Positions 47,896 to 58,170 of a stretch of 64,000 bases of DNA are shown piece after piece. The translations under genes were made by a program, and so were the position numbers. The stretch is from NCBI GenBank assembly GCA_942491735.1, contig CALOCN010000001.1, positions 1,030,071 to 1,094,070 on the forward strand. Reading direction: 5' to 3'. Under the pieces are notes generated by a model that made no database searches, was not told the origin of the DNA, and saw nothing but the letters and a program-made list of their open reading frames with translations. Source of the stretch: Candidatus Eiseniibacteriota bacterium (lineage in GTDB: Bacteria > Eisenbacteria > RBG-16-71-46 > JABDJR01). Every line of letters begins with the position of its first letter. Position 1 is the stretch's first letter.

Positions 47896-48646
47896 TGTCC
47901 ACCCGGGTGGACAGTGTTCGCCCTCTCTCCGACGCCTGGTAGAGTCACCGCATGCTCGACGACCGCCACGATCACCGGGTTCATTGTTGGCGACAACCCT
48001 GCCGAGTTGACCTTCGCCGTTGAGGTCGACGACCATCGGACGTTGGATGCGACCTTGCCCGCGGTGCCGATCGTCGCCGACGCCGGAGCTACGGAGCGTC
48101 GGCGCTACGTCACTTTCGAGGCACGCCGGCGATACTCCCACCCACGCGGCATTCGACCAGGACATCCTGGGCATCCACCCCGACTATCGGGTGGAGATTC
48201 GACTCGACATCCTGGAGGAGATTGACGGTCCCATGTTGCGGCACGGCCTTCAGGAGATGCACGGGGTTCAGCTTCAGGTGCCGGCCCGCAGGGAGCTCAG
48301 ACCGGATCGCGATCGACTTGCGGTTCGGTACGACCAGTTTCGCGCCGGGGGATCCGGGTCGTCACCGGTCCACCCGGGTGGACGCTCACCCGAACGTACC
48401 GGCGGTTGCTCGTGCTTCCCTAAACGTGTCAGCCACCGGGGTCATCTCCACGGAACAGGTGCTGGGCGTGTGGGGACTCCGACGCGCGTTGCTGCATCCC
48501 AGTTCAACAGCCCGTGGGGCTCCAGTGAGTTTGAGTGCGTCGCCGCCCTCGACTCAGCGCTCTTCACACCCGTCCACCCGGGGCGAATCCACGCTAAGTG
48601 CGCCTCCCAGTCCCCTTGAACCGGGCCATGGTCCACCCGGGTGGAC
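47896..48646. repeat. three copies of a 16-bp perfect palindrome GTCCACCCGGGTGGAC (plus one half-site) in an 880-bp gene-poor gap
   Basis: Copies at 47897-47912 (18-bp version 47896-47913), 48368-48383, 48631-48646; half-site 48572-48583. Confidence 0.8.
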
Positions 48647-48701
48647 TCAGCCACCCGGCCTCGGGTCCCCCCGCCGGTTTCACCTGCGCTAGAATCCCGT
48701 C

Positions 48702-49691
48702 ATGCCAACCAACGTACCGCCGCAATGGCGTGCCCTCGAAGAGGAGTATCGCCAGGCCACCGATCACGACGAGAAGATCCGCCTCCTGGAAGAGCTGCTC
48801 CGGACCGTCCCCAAACACAAGGCGACCGACCGGCTCCAGGCGGACCTCAAGTCCAAGCTGGCCAAGCTCCGCAAGGAACCCAAGAAGAAGGCCGGGGCCG
48901 GGGCGGGTCCCAGCCACACCATCGCGCGCGAGGGGGCCGGCCAGATCGCCCTGGTGGGGCCGCCCAACGGGGGGAAGTCGTCGCTGCTTGCGGCCCTGAC
49001 CCACGCCGAGCCCAGGATCGCCGACTACCCCTTCACCACCCGCGAACCCCAGCCCGGCATGATGCGACACGAGGACGTCCCGATACAGCTGGTGGACCTC
49101 CCGCCGCTTTCGGACGAGCACGTGGAGCCGTGGGTCTACGACAACATCCGTCGCGCCGACGTGGTGTGGCTGGTCTCGGACAGCGGCCAGGCGCTGGATG
49201 GAGTGGAGCTGTGTCTGCGCCTCACCGATCCCAAGCACGTGGGTCTGGTCCCGGCCGGGCGCGAGGTGGACGGGGAAGGCAAGCCCATGGGCTGGATGCC
49301 CAAGCCCACTTTCCTGGTGGTTACCGGCATGGACAAGCCGGATGCCGCCGGGAATCTGGAGATCCTGCGGGAGTTGCTGGAGATCCCGTTTCCTGTCTTC
49401 CCCGTTTCCGCCCCCACTCTTGCAGGAACTCCCGAGCTGGCCGCCGCCACCTGGAACCAGCTCGGCAGGATCCGCATCTACACCAAGGAACCGGGCAAGG
49501 AGGTGGACCGCACCACCCCGTTCATCGTTCCCCTGGACTCCACCGTCGAGGACCTCGCACGTCACATCCACAAGGACCTTGCCGAGCGGCTCAAGTTCGC
49601 CAAGGTGTGGGGAACCGGCGTGTTCGACGGCCAGCAGGTCCACGCTGAACACACCCTGCACGACAAGGACGTCGTCGAGCTTCACGACTAG
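48702..49691 (+). CDS. DRG-family GTPase (Obg-related, with C-terminal TGS domain)
   Basis: G1 motif [11 protein letters not shown]; N-terminal coiled-coil and C-terminal IRIYTKEPG...[11 protein letters not shown] aligning by eye with DRG proteins; TAGAAT 6 nt upstream of ATG. Confidence 0.75.
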   Translation: MPTNVPPQWRALEEEYRQATDHDEKIRLLEELLRTVPKHKATDRLQADLKSKLAKLRKEPKKKAGAGAGPSHTIAREGAGQIALVGPPNGGKSSLLAALTHAEPRIADYPFTTREPQPGMMRHEDVPIQLVDLPPLSDEHVEPWVYDNIRRADVVWLVSDSGQALDGVELCLRLTDPKHVGLVPAGREVDGEGKPMGWMPKPTFLVVTGMDKPDAAGNLEILRELLEIPFPVFPVSAPTLAGTPELAAATWNQLGRIRIYTKEPGKEVDRTTPFIVPLDSTVEDLARHIHKDLAERLKFAKVWGTGVFDGQQVHAEHTLHDKDVVELHD

Positions 49692-49739
49692 ATCCCCAGT
49701 CTTGCCGCCGCCTTCCCGATCCGTCAGTATCCCCCGACC

Positions 49740-50672
49740 ATGACCTCCGTCGGCACGCCTCCCATCGAAGCGATAGGCCTCGTCAAGCGCTACGGCGACC
49801 TGACCGCGGTGGCCGGTATCGACTTCGCGGTGGCGCCCGGGACCTGTCTCGGGCTGCTCGGTCCCAACGGGGCCGGCAAGACGACCACCATCGAGATCCT
49901 GGAGGGGCTGCTGGATCCGGACGCCGGCGAGGTCCGGGTCATGGGGCGCACCTGGAAGGAGGGCGGCGATGCCATCCGTCAGGGCATTGGGGTGCAGCTC
50001 CAGGAAACCAAGCTACCCGAGAAGCTCACCGTCATCGAGGTGCTCAACCTCTTTCGCAGCTTCTACCGCGAGGGGCGGGATCCGGAAGAGGTCATGGACC
50101 TGATCGGCCTCACCGAGAAACGCACCGCCCGGGTGACCACCCTTTCCGGGGGGCAGCAACAACGTCTCGCCCTCGGTTGCGCCCTGATCAACCACCCCAA
50201 ACTGCTGTTTCTCGACGAACCCACCACCGGTCTGGATCCCCAGGCCCGCCGTCGGGTGTGGGAGATCGTCGAGGAGTTCAAGGCCGAAGGAGGAACCGTC
50301 CTCCTCACCACGCACTACATGGACGAGGCCGAGCGGCTCGCCGACGACCTGGTCATCATCGACCATGGCAAGGTCATCGCCACCGGGAGCCCGGCCGAGA
50401 TCATCGCCTCCCTGGGGGTGGCCAGCATTGTTTCGTTCCAGACCCTGGAGGCGGTGCACGATATCGCCTTCGACGGCCTGCCCGGCGTGGCCTCGGCGCG
50501 TGCCGACGGGGAACGGACCGAGCTCACCGTCTCCGAACCCCATCTCGCCCTGCAGGCCCTTCTGGATGCCCTGCGCGACCGCGACCTGAGCGTGGCCGAT
50601 CTGCGGACCCATCGACCGACGCTCGAGGATGTGTTCGTTTCCCTCACCGGCAGGCACCTGCGCGATGAGTAG
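49740..50672 (+). CDS. ABC transporter ATP-binding protein (ABC-2/DrrA-like)
   Basis: Walker A GPNGAGKTT, signature LSGGQQQRL, Walker B LLFLDEPT. Confidence 0.9.
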   Translation: MTSVGTPPIEAIGLVKRYGDLTAVAGIDFAVAPGTCLGLLGPNGAGKTTTIEILEGLLDPDAGEVRVMGRTWKEGGDAIRQGIGVQLQETKLPEKLTVIEVLNLFRSFYREGRDPEEVMDLIGLTEKRTARVTTLSGGQQQRLALGCALINHPKLLFLDEPTTGLDPQARRRVWEIVEEFKAEGGTVLLTTHYMDEAERLADDLVIIDHGKVIATGSPAEIIASLGVASIVSFQTLEAVHDIAFDGLPGVASARADGERTELTVSEPHLALQALLDALRDRDLSVADLRTHRPTLEDVFVSLTGRHLRDE

Positions 50673-50696
50673 GGTGATCCCGGCGGCGTGCTCCCG

Positions 50697-51731
50697 ATGA
50701 AGCGCAACCAGCTCTACCAACTCACCCTCATGCGGCTCATCCTGTTCTGGCGCGAGCCCGAGGCGGTGTTCTGGGTCTTTCTCTTTCCGTTGATCCTTGC
50801 CCTGGTCCTGGGCTTCGCCTTCAAGAACCGCGGGGTGGAGCCGAGCCGGGTCGGTGTCATCTCGGGGGTAACCGACGATCGCTGGATCGCCGCCCTGGAC
50901 TCCTCGGCCAGTGTGGAAACCGTTCGTTTCGTGGACGGCGACGTCGCGGCGAAGAAGCTTCGCACCGGCGGGGTCGAGGTTCTGGTTCTCGACGGCGACC
51001 CGATCGTACTGCGTCTGGACCCGACCCGCCCCGAAGCGGAAACGGCGCGTCTGCGGATCCACGAGCTCATCCAACGGGACGCGGGGCAGCCGGATCTGGT
51101 TCCCACCACCACCGAACCCATCACGGAGCGCGGTTCCCGCTATATCGACTTCCTCATCCCGGGGCTGCTCGGCATGAACCTCATGGGCACCGGCATGTGG
51201 GGGACCGGGTTCGCCATCGTGGACATGCGGCAGAAGAAGCTGCTCAAGCGGTTCCTGGTCACCCCCATGCGTCGCTCCAATCTCATGCTGGGGCAGATGC
51301 TCTCCCGGCTGGCCTTCCTGGTCATGGAAGTCTCCCTCATCACCGCCTTCGGCGCCCTGGTCCTGGGCGTCCCGTTCCGGGGCGCGGTGGGGACCTACGC
51401 CCTGTTCTGCGTGCTGGGCGCCCTCGTCTTCTCCGGGTTGGGGCTCCTGACCGCGTCCCGGGTGCGGACCATCGAAGGCGCGAGCGGGCTCATGAACTTC
51501 GTCATGATGCCCATGTGGCTTCTCTCGGGGGTCTTCTTTTCCTACGAGCGTTTCCCCGAGTTCCTCCACCCGTTCATCCGGGCCCTTCCCCTCACCGCGC
51601 TCAACGACGCGTTGCGGGGTCTGATGCTGGAGGGGGACAGACTGCTCGACCGGGGACCGGAACTGGCGGTGCTGACGGTTTGGACCCTGGGTTCCTTTGC
51701 GGTGGCCCTGCGTATTTTCCGCTGGCGTTGA
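50697..51731 (+). CDS. ABC-2 family transporter permease
   Basis: Six hydrophobic segments; follows the ATPase gene; ATG 50697 (GTG 50688 alternative). Confidence 0.75.
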   Translation: MKRNQLYQLTLMRLILFWREPEAVFWVFLFPLILALVLGFAFKNRGVEPSRVGVISGVTDDRWIAALDSSASVETVRFVDGDVAAKKLRTGGVEVLVLDGDPIVLRLDPTRPEAETARLRIHELIQRDAGQPDLVPTTTEPITERGSRYIDFLIPGLLGMNLMGTGMWGTGFAIVDMRQKKLLKRFLVTPMRRSNLMLGQMLSRLAFLVMEVSLITAFGALVLGVPFRGAVGTYALFCVLGALVFSGLGLLTASRVRTIEGASGLMNFVMMPMWLLSGVFFSYERFPEFLHPFIRALPLTALNDALRGLMLEGDRLLDRGPELAVLTVWTLGSFAVALRIFRWR

Positions 51732-51802
51732 CGCGTCGTCCCGGTTGCGCGGAGCGCCCGGATTGGACGCCCCGCGCGGGGTAGGCCCCCCCGAGACTCG
51801 GT

Positions 51803-54800
51803 TCAGCGCACCCGCACCACGCGCCGCATCGCGGTCACGTCCGGGGTTTCCACCCGGACCAGATACACCCCGGCCGCCACAAGCGCCCCCTGCGTGTTAC
51901 GTCCATCCCAACGCAACTCGTGGGCTCCGCTTTTCAGCACGCCGTCCTTGAGCGATCGCACCAGTCGCCCGGACGCGTCGAACACCCGCACCCGCACCGG
52001 TCCCGCGGTCGCCATCTCGAACTGAAGTCGCGTGCCCAGTGAGAACGGGTTCGGGAACGCGGCCAGCGCCACCGGCGACACGACGGGCGTATCCGCGGCA
52101 AGGATGGGCTCGGCGGTGCGGAAGTGTCCCTGGTTGCGGCCGGCCACCCCGGGCCGGAACCAGCGCGTGGCGGGGAAGTAGGGCGACGGCGTTCGCAGCC
52201 GCCACTGCACGGAGTAGAGCGTGGATGGATTGAGCCCGGTGAGCTGGTTCAGGAGCTCCGTGGAGGAACCCAGGCTCCCCACCACCGGTCCGGTCTCGGC
52301 CCAGCCGCTGTACCAACTGATGCTGAGATCTCCCAGGTAGGGGTGGTCCGAGGTCGGATAGATCCACCACTCCTGCCGGATCCGGGTGCGCCCGGCCGGG
52401 CTCTGGGCACGCCCGGTATGGATCTGGATCTGATCCGGTAGGTCGGTCGTTCCCAGACGGGAAACCGGTTGCCCCCCACTGTTCCGGATCTGGGGCCGGT
52501 GTGGAGTCTGCCAGAACTGCGAGGTCCCTCCGCCGGGGTAGCTCCACACCCGCCCCCGCTGACTGATTCCTCCATTGAGGTAATCGACTGCGGACCCGGC
52601 CGGATCGCAGAAACCATCCCCGTTGAAGTCACCGGCCGCCACCGCCCAACCACCGTGCGCGCCCGCCTGGTTGGACCCCGACCACCACGCGCCAAACCCG
52701 CCCACCTCCATCACGCCCCACCGGCCTTCCGTGTTCTGGCCGTCGGTGTAGTAGGGCGCCCCCGCGACCAGGTCTCCCAGCCCGTCCGCGTTCACGTCCC
52801 CGGCGTCGGCCAACGCGAATCCCAGGTTGGCTCCGGTCTGGCCGCCCCACTCGGAGCGGCTGATGTTCTGGTATTCCAGCCGCACCATGCCTTCGTTGCT
52901 GAAGGTGCTGGTGGCCCACGGTGCTCCCATGGCCACGCCGTCCTCGTGGCCGTTGGGGGAGGCCACGGCGGCGAGCGCGTAGCCCAGCTGGATCCCGGTC
53001 GGGAACGGAGTCAACGACGACCCCTGCCATTCCCAGGTGGGGGTGGTCTCCGGTCCGGTGGGTCCGCCTCGGTACCCCCGCACCAGTCCCTCGTCATCCG
53101 CATTGTCGTCGAAGAGCGGGGCCGAGACGAACAGGTCGGTGTACCCGTCCCCATCCTTGTCGCAGGCCGTAACCGCGAAGCCGAACGCGCACCCGGAGTG
53201 CGGCCCGGTGACCGTCCATACCGGGGTGGCGGCCAGCCCGGTCGGCGACCCCAGGTAGCAGAACGCCGCGCCCAGGTTGCTCGACCCGTAGTCCTTCGCC
53301 CCGACGATCACATCGGCGTAGCCGTCTCCGTTGACGTCACCCGCCGAGGCCACCGCGTTCCCCACGAAATCCGAGACGCCCCCCACGGTGCTGAACCAGT
53401 TCGCCACGGCTCCCGGACCGGTGGCCGATCCGTGAAACAGGTACGCCCTCCCGGAGTTCGCACCACCTCCGTTGTCCCCGCGCGCCCCCACCAGCACGTC
53501 GTCGAACCCATCCCCGTTCACGTCTCCGGCGATGGCCACCGAGGAGCCGTGCCAGTCGTAGACCGCGTTCCCTTCATGGGTCCAGGGAGCGGGGAGGGTC
53601 GTGCTGAGCCCCAGGGACCCGCCATAGACCAGCTCCACCCGTCCCGCCTCCGTACCATGGATCCCGTCGTAGAACGGCGATCCCACCAGGAGATCCTCGT
53701 ACCCATCCCCGTTGACATCCCCCCCGCTCCCCAGGGACTGGCCGTATTGTTCGCCGGTCTGGTCCCCGAAGATGGCGAATCCGCCCGTGGTGGCCAGGCC
53801 CTCGGCCCCGCCCTTGAAGAGCCGGACCCGACCCGCGTTGATGTTGGCTCCATCGTCGTAGATGTATTCCGCTGCGAGGTATTCCGAGAACCCGTTTCCA
53901 TCGACGTCACCGGCGGTGGCCACGCAGTGACCCAGGGCCGCCCAGTCCTGGGTGCCGTTCAGGTACCAATCGAAGTTCGCGCCGATCCCCGTCGCCGATC
54001 CCGAGTAGCCCAGGATGCGCCCCGCGTTGGTGGCCCCGTACCAGGGGACGCCCACCATGAGATCGGCGTAGCCGTTCCCGTCCAGGTCGCCGGCCGGGGC
54101 GACCGAGAACCCGAACTGGTCGCCGCTCCCTCCGCTGAGGATACGGCTACCGGTGTTGGTGAGCCCCGTCGCCGTGCCGTAGCAGACGATGACCCGCCCG
54201 GCCTGGGTGGCCAGGGGGTAATCCGGAGCGCCGATGGCGGCGTCGGCATAGCCGTCCCGATTGACGTCGCCGGCCAACGAGACACAGTGACCGTAGCGTG
54301 CGTTGGCCGCGGGCCCGACCAGGGTCCAGGTGTCCAGGGCGTAGGTTCCGGTGGAGCTCCCCAGATACAATTGGACCTGGCCCGCCTCGGGCGAGGCAAG
54401 ACCGGGATTGTAGCCGGGGGATCCCACCAGCCAGTCGGAGTAGCCGTCGCCGTTGACGTCCCCGCAGGTCGACACGCTGTAGCCGAACTCGGAACCACTC
54501 GTGCCGCCTCCCACCCATCCGGTGCTGGTGGAGAGGCCGGTCGAGGAACCCAGGTGCAGATAGGCGCGACCCGGAGAGCCGAAGGTGGCTCCCCATTCCG
54601 GAGCGCCGATCAACACGTCGCAGTACCCATCCCCGTTGACGTCGCCCGCGGTGGCGACCGAGAACCCGGTCCTGGATTGGCTGCTCCCCACGCGCTCCCA
54701 ATCCGGGGTGGTGGAAAGCCCGGTCGCCGAACCCAGGTAGAGATAGGCGTACCCGCGGTTGGAGTCCGCGAACGGAGCCCCCACCAGGACGTCGTCGTAG

Positions 54801-55159
54801 CCGTCGCCGTTCACATCCCCGGCCGGGGCCACCGAGTAGCCGAACTGCGCTCCTGATCCACCGTGGGTCACGTCCCAATCCGGCGTTGCCCCGAGACCGG
54901 GGTAGGCATTGCCGTGGTAGACATACGCGCGGCCGTCCCCGTCCATGGGTGCCCCCACGATGACATCGGTGAACCCATCGCCGTTGACGTCACCGGCCGG
55001 AGCCACCGATTCGCCGAAGCGGCTCCACGCCGGGCCGGACTCGGACCAGCCGCCATAGGTGATGGCGGGGGTGGCGTCGACGACGTTCGGGGTGGTCTGC
55101 GCGGCGAGGATCAGAACGAGTAGAGCCCGGATGGCGGGCCGGCGGAAAACCGATCTCAT
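51803..55159 (-). CDS. large secreted FG-GAP/VCBS-repeat protein with C-terminal FlgD-Ig/T9SS-like domain
   Basis: 1118 aa; signal peptide; more than 12 repeats of AGDVNGDGY.D..VGAP; AGGAGG 6 nt upstream of ATG; C-terminal FPNPFS...RWDGRNTQGALVAAGVYLV. Confidence 0.8.
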   Translation of the reverse strand: MRSVFRRPAIRALLVLILAAQTTPNVVDATPAITYGGWSESGPAWSRFGESVAPAGDVNGDGFTDVIVGAPMDGDGRAYVYHGNAYPGLGATPDWDVTHGGSGAQFGYSVAPAGDVNGDGYDDVLVGAPFADSNRGYAYLYLGSATGLSTTPDWERVGSSQSRTGFSVATAGDVNGDGYCDVLIGAPEWGATFGSPGRAYLHLGSSTGLSTSTGWVGGGTSGSEFGYSVSTCGDVNGDGYSDWLVGSPGYNPGLASPEAGQVQLYLGSSTGTYALDTWTLVGPAANARYGHCVSLAGDVNRDGYADAAIGAPDYPLATQAGRVIVCYGTATGLTNTGSRILSGGSGDQFGFSVAPAGDLDGNGYADLMVGVPWYGATNAGRILGYSGSATGIGANFDWYLNGTQDWAALGHCVATAGDVDGNGFSEYLAAEYIYDDGANINAGRVRLFKGGAEGLATTGGFAIFGDQTGEQYGQSLGSGGDVNGDGYEDLLVGSPFYDGIHGTEAGRVELVYGGSLGLSTTLPAPWTHEGNAVYDWHGSSVAIAGDVNGDGFDDVLVGARGDNGGGANSGRAYLFHGSATGPGAVANWFSTVGGVSDFVGNAVASAGDVNGDGYADVIVGAKDYGSSNLGAAFCYLGSPTGLAATPVWTVTGPHSGCAFGFAVTACDKDGDGYTDLFVSAPLFDDNADDEGLVRGYRGGPTGPETTPTWEWQGSSLTPFPTGIQLGYALAAVASPNGHEDGVAMGAPWATSTFSNEGMVRLEYQNISRSEWGGQTGANLGFALADAGDVNADGLGDLVAGAPYYTDGQNTEGRWGVMEVGGFGAWWSGSNQAGAHGGWAVAAGDFNGDGFCDPAGSAVDYLNGGISQRGRVWSYPGGGTSQFWQTPHRPQIRNSGGQPVSRLGTTDLPDQIQIHTGRAQSPAGRTRIRQEWWIYPTSDHPYLGDLSISWYSGWAETGPVVGSLGSSTELLNQLTGLNPSTLYSVQWRLRTPSPYFPATRWFRPGVAGRNQGHFRTAEPILAADTPVVSPVALAAFPNPFSLGTRLQFEMATAGPVRVRVFDASGRLVRSLKDGVLKSGAHELRWDGRNTQGALVAAGVYLVRVETPDVTAMRRVVRVR

Positions 55160-55252
55160 GGAGCACCTCCTGGGAGCTATCCAGAGACGCGCATTTTCCG
55201 CGGCGACGAGGCCATCCTGACCGTGAAGCCGTCCACGAAAACCCCTGCCCCG

Positions 55253-57613
55253 CTAGGACTCCGGTCCCGCAAGTCCCCGATACCGTTCGGCTTCCGTGGG
55301 TTGATTCAGGGTTTCGTAGAGGTCGGCCAGCACGCCGGCGATCTTCCGGGTGTTGGGGTGCTCCGGTCCCGACAGGCCCACCATCGCGTCGTAGACCCCG
55401 GTAAGGATCGGCTCCGCCTCGGCCGGCCGTCCCAGATCGATCAGGGACAGAGCGAACGAGCCGCGGAAGCTCTGGGTGCGCACATCCGCGTCTCCCAGAA
55501 GGCTGTCGGCGATGGCCAGGGCCCGTTCGTGGAAGGGGATCGCTTCCGCCGGTCGATCCATGTTGTAGAGCTGCTTGGCCACCGCGTTGTATCCCATGGC
55601 GGTGCTGGAGTTGAGTTCTCCCAACACCCGGATCTTGTCCTTGAGGACCTGCTCGAACGTCTCCAGGGCCAGGGCCTGGTCCCCGTTGGCGTTGTAGAGA
55701 TAGGCCAGGTTGTTGTGCATGACCAGCACGTCGGGGTTGTCGGCGCCATAGAGAGCGATTCCCATTTCGCAGGCCGCCGCCATGAGCGGGGTGGCCTCGT
55801 CCAGCCGGTCCACCTGCCAGAGCAGGTTCCCCAGGGCGCCGGCCATGACGAAGGTGACCTCGCTCTGGTTCCCAAAGGACGCCCGTGCCCGGGCCAACGC
55901 GTCCTCGATGTGCGGGATGGCCTCCTCCAGACGTCCGTGCGCTTCCTCGAGCCCCCCCAGGAAATGCAGCGCATCGATGATCTCCACCCCGCGCGGATCC
56001 AGGCGGGGCATCACGCCCCGGATGCGTACCGCCATGGAGTCGGCCGAGTCCAGCCGCCCCGTGTCGATGAACACGTCTCCCAGGGACTCCAGGGGTGGGT
56101 AGAGCCGCGGATCCCCCGGCTCCAGGATCGCGTCGAGCCGGGCCAGGGCGTGGCGGAAGTGGTGCTCCGCGTCCTCGTACCGCCCCATGCCGCGATAGGT
56201 GTCTCCCAGGGACAGGTGGGCGCTGGCCGCGACTTCCGGCAGATCTCCCAGCTCGCGGTCGATCACCGAGGTCGCGTTGCCCAGGACATCCAGGACCCGG
56301 ACGTCCGGGCCCGACTCCCAGGGATCCGGGGATTCCAGCAGGGTGACCATGAACTCGCTCAGCACCCGGGACTTCTCGGCTTCCGTCTCGGCCCGGGCGC
56401 GTGCGTGCTCGGCGCGCGACCAGCCGGCCACCGAAACGATCAGCCCGGCCAGGAGCACGGCCACCCCGGCCGCCCCGGTGAGCACCACGCCCCGGTTGCG
56501 CTTGGCGAACTTGCGGAACTGGTACACCGTGCTGGGGGGACGGGCCAGGATGGGCTCGCTGTCCAGGAACCGTTGCAGGTCGGCGGCCAGTTCACCGGGG
56601 GATCCGTAGCGCTGTTCCTTGTCCTTCTCCAGGCACTTGCGAACAATGGTCTCGAGGTCCGAGGGAAACCGCTGTTCCCCGTCCCCCAGCGAACTCGGCT
56701 CGTCCTCCTCGATCACCCGTGCCGCCTCGATGAGGCTCTTCCCCTGCAGCGCCTGCGGCAGGCGATCGGTCAACACCTCATAGCACAACACACCGAGGGC
56801 ATAGACGTCGGACCGGGTGTCCAGTTCGTCCTGCTGCCCGCGCACCTGCTCGGGGCTCATGTAGGGGAGGGTGCCCACGACCTGTCCCGCGTCGGTGCGG
56901 AAGGTGGTGGCCCGGACATCGTCGTCGAGGTGGCGCGCCACCCCGAAGTCGAGAATCTTGGGTTGCCCGTCCGGGCGGACCAGGATGTTGGCCGGTTTCA
57001 GGTCGCGGTGGACAATGCCGTTCTGGTGCGCGTGGTTGACCCCTTCGCACACCCGGATCAGGAGCTCGATCCGGTCCTTCGTGGAGAGCTTCATCTCGCG
57101 GGCAAACTCGGTCAGGGGGAGCCCGTCGATCAACTCCATGACGAAGTAGGGTTGCTGCCCCAGGGCCGCTCCGGTGGTCCCCGCATCGTAGACCCTGGCG
57201 ATCCCCGGGTGATCCAGTTGTCCTAGAAGCTCGGCCTCCAACTCGAATCTTTGCAATGCTTTGCGTGATAGGGCATCCCCTCGAATCAGCTTGAGGGCGA
57301 CGTCCCGGGAAGGCTGTTCCTGATGGGCGCGAAAGACCACACCCATGCCCCCTCCGGCGATGATGCCCTCGAGGCGGTAGCTGCCGATGGTCTTCCCCAA
57401 CCAGGCGTCCTCGCCTCCGATCGAGGCGATGGCGGAACCGCCCAGGAACTCTCCCGCCCGGGCGCCCGCCTGGAGCAGGGAGATCACCTCGGACTCGAGC
57501 TCGGTGTCCTCGCCGCTCTGATCCCGGACGAACGCCAGCCGCTCTTCCTCCGGAAGCTCGATGGCCTGATCGAACAACTCGCTGGCCCGGGCGAAGAGGT
57601 CGCGGGACGTCAT
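55253..57613 (-). CDS. Ser/Thr protein kinase with C-terminal TPR-like region and one transmembrane segment
   Basis: Internal ATG 57613 overlapping sigma stop (ATGA); catalytic loop HRDLKPANIL, DFGVA, SPEQ; TM segment GVVLTGAAGVAVLLAGLIVSVAG. Confidence 0.85.
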   Translation of the reverse strand: MTSRDLFARASELFDQAIELPEEERLAFVRDQSGEDTELESEVISLLQAGARAGEFLGGSAIASIGGEDAWLGKTIGSYRLEGIIAGGGMGVVFRAHQEQPSRDVALKLIRGDALSRKALQRFELEAELLGQLDHPGIARVYDAGTTGAALGQQPYFVMELIDGLPLTEFAREMKLSTKDRIELLIRVCEGVNHAHQNGIVHRDLKPANILVRPDGQPKILDFGVARHLDDDVRATTFRTDAGQVVGTLPYMSPEQVRGQQDELDTRSDVYALGVLCYEVLTDRLPQALQGKSLIEAARVIEEDEPSSLGDGEQRFPSDLETIVRKCLEKDKEQRYGSPGELAADLQRFLDSEPILARPPSTVYQFRKFAKRNRGVVLTGAAGVAVLLAGLIVSVAGWSRAEHARARAETEAEKSRVLSEFMVTLLESPDPWESGPDVRVLDVLGNATSVIDRELGDLPEVAASAHLSLGDTYRGMGRYEDAEHHFRHALARLDAILEPGDPRLYPPLESLGDVFIDTGRLDSADSMAVRIRGVMPRLDPRGVEIIDALHFLGGLEEAHGRLEEAIPHIEDALARARASFGNQSEVTFVMAGALGNLLWQVDRLDEATPLMAAACEMGIALYGADNPDVLVMHNNLAYLYNANGDQALALETFEQVLKDKIRVLGELNSSTAMGYNAVAKQLYNMDRPAEAIPFHERALAIADSLLGDADVRTQSFRGSFALSLIDLGRPAEAEPILTGVYDAMVGLSGPEHPNTRKIAGVLADLYETLNQPTEAERYRGLAGPES

Positions 57614-58170
57614 GCCTCGGGGCTCTCCGCGTTGAGTTCCCGGAAGAGCCAGGCGCGAGCGAAGGCCCACCGTCGGCGGACCGTGCGCACCCCGATGTCC
57701 AGCAGCTCGGCGATCTCCGTTTCCTTGAGTCCGGCGAAGTACTTGAGTTCCACGATGCGGCAGTCCTGGGGCGAACGATCGGCTAGGCGCTCCATGGCCT
57801 GGTTGAGCTCCAGCAGGTCGAAGTCCCGGTCCCCGGTGGTGATGTCGCTGAGGGTCACCCGGACCATCCCACCGCCCCGCTTGCGGCTGTTGTGCGCCCG
57901 GGCGTGATCCACCAGCACCCGCCGAATCTGCTGGGCGGCCACGCACATGAAGTGCCCCCGGTTCTGCCACCCCACCTGCTGTTGTGCCAGTCGCAGGTAC
58001 ACCTCGTGCACCAACGCCGTGGGCTGCAGGGTGTGGCTGCCCCGTTCATGCGCCATGTGATAGGCGGCCAGGGCGCGTAGCTCCTGGTAGACGACATCCA
58101 CCACCGAGTCGGTGCCGCTCAGGCTGGGGTCGGAAGGGGGGCCGGGCTCATTCGGGGTGTGTCGGGTCAT
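57610..58170 (-). CDS. ECF-type sigma factor of the Ser/Thr-kinase-associated class
   Basis: 186 aa; sigma-4-like HTH LKETEIAELLDIGVRTVRRRWAFAR; gene order sigma then kinase with 4-bp overlap. Confidence 0.7.
   Translation of the reverse strand: MTRHTPNEPGPPSDPSLSGTDSVVDVVYQELRALAAYHMAHERGSHTLQPTALVHEVYLRLAQQQVGWQNRGHFMCVAAQQIRRVLVDHARAHNSRKRGGGMVRVTLSDITTGDRDFDLLELNQAMERLADRSPQDCRIVELKYFAGLKETEIAELLDIGVRTVRRRWAFARAWLFRELNAESPEA

Noticed and set aside
52469-54856. 795-aa plus-strand ORF
   Set aside because: Antisense to the FG-GAP repeat gene; Arg/Gly-rich, no motifs
55253-57970. 119-codon N-terminal extension of the kinase ORF (start at 57970)
   Set aside because: Extension is Arg/Gly/Pro-rich and would overlap the whole 3' half of the sigma gene; ATG 57613 gives the ATGA junction
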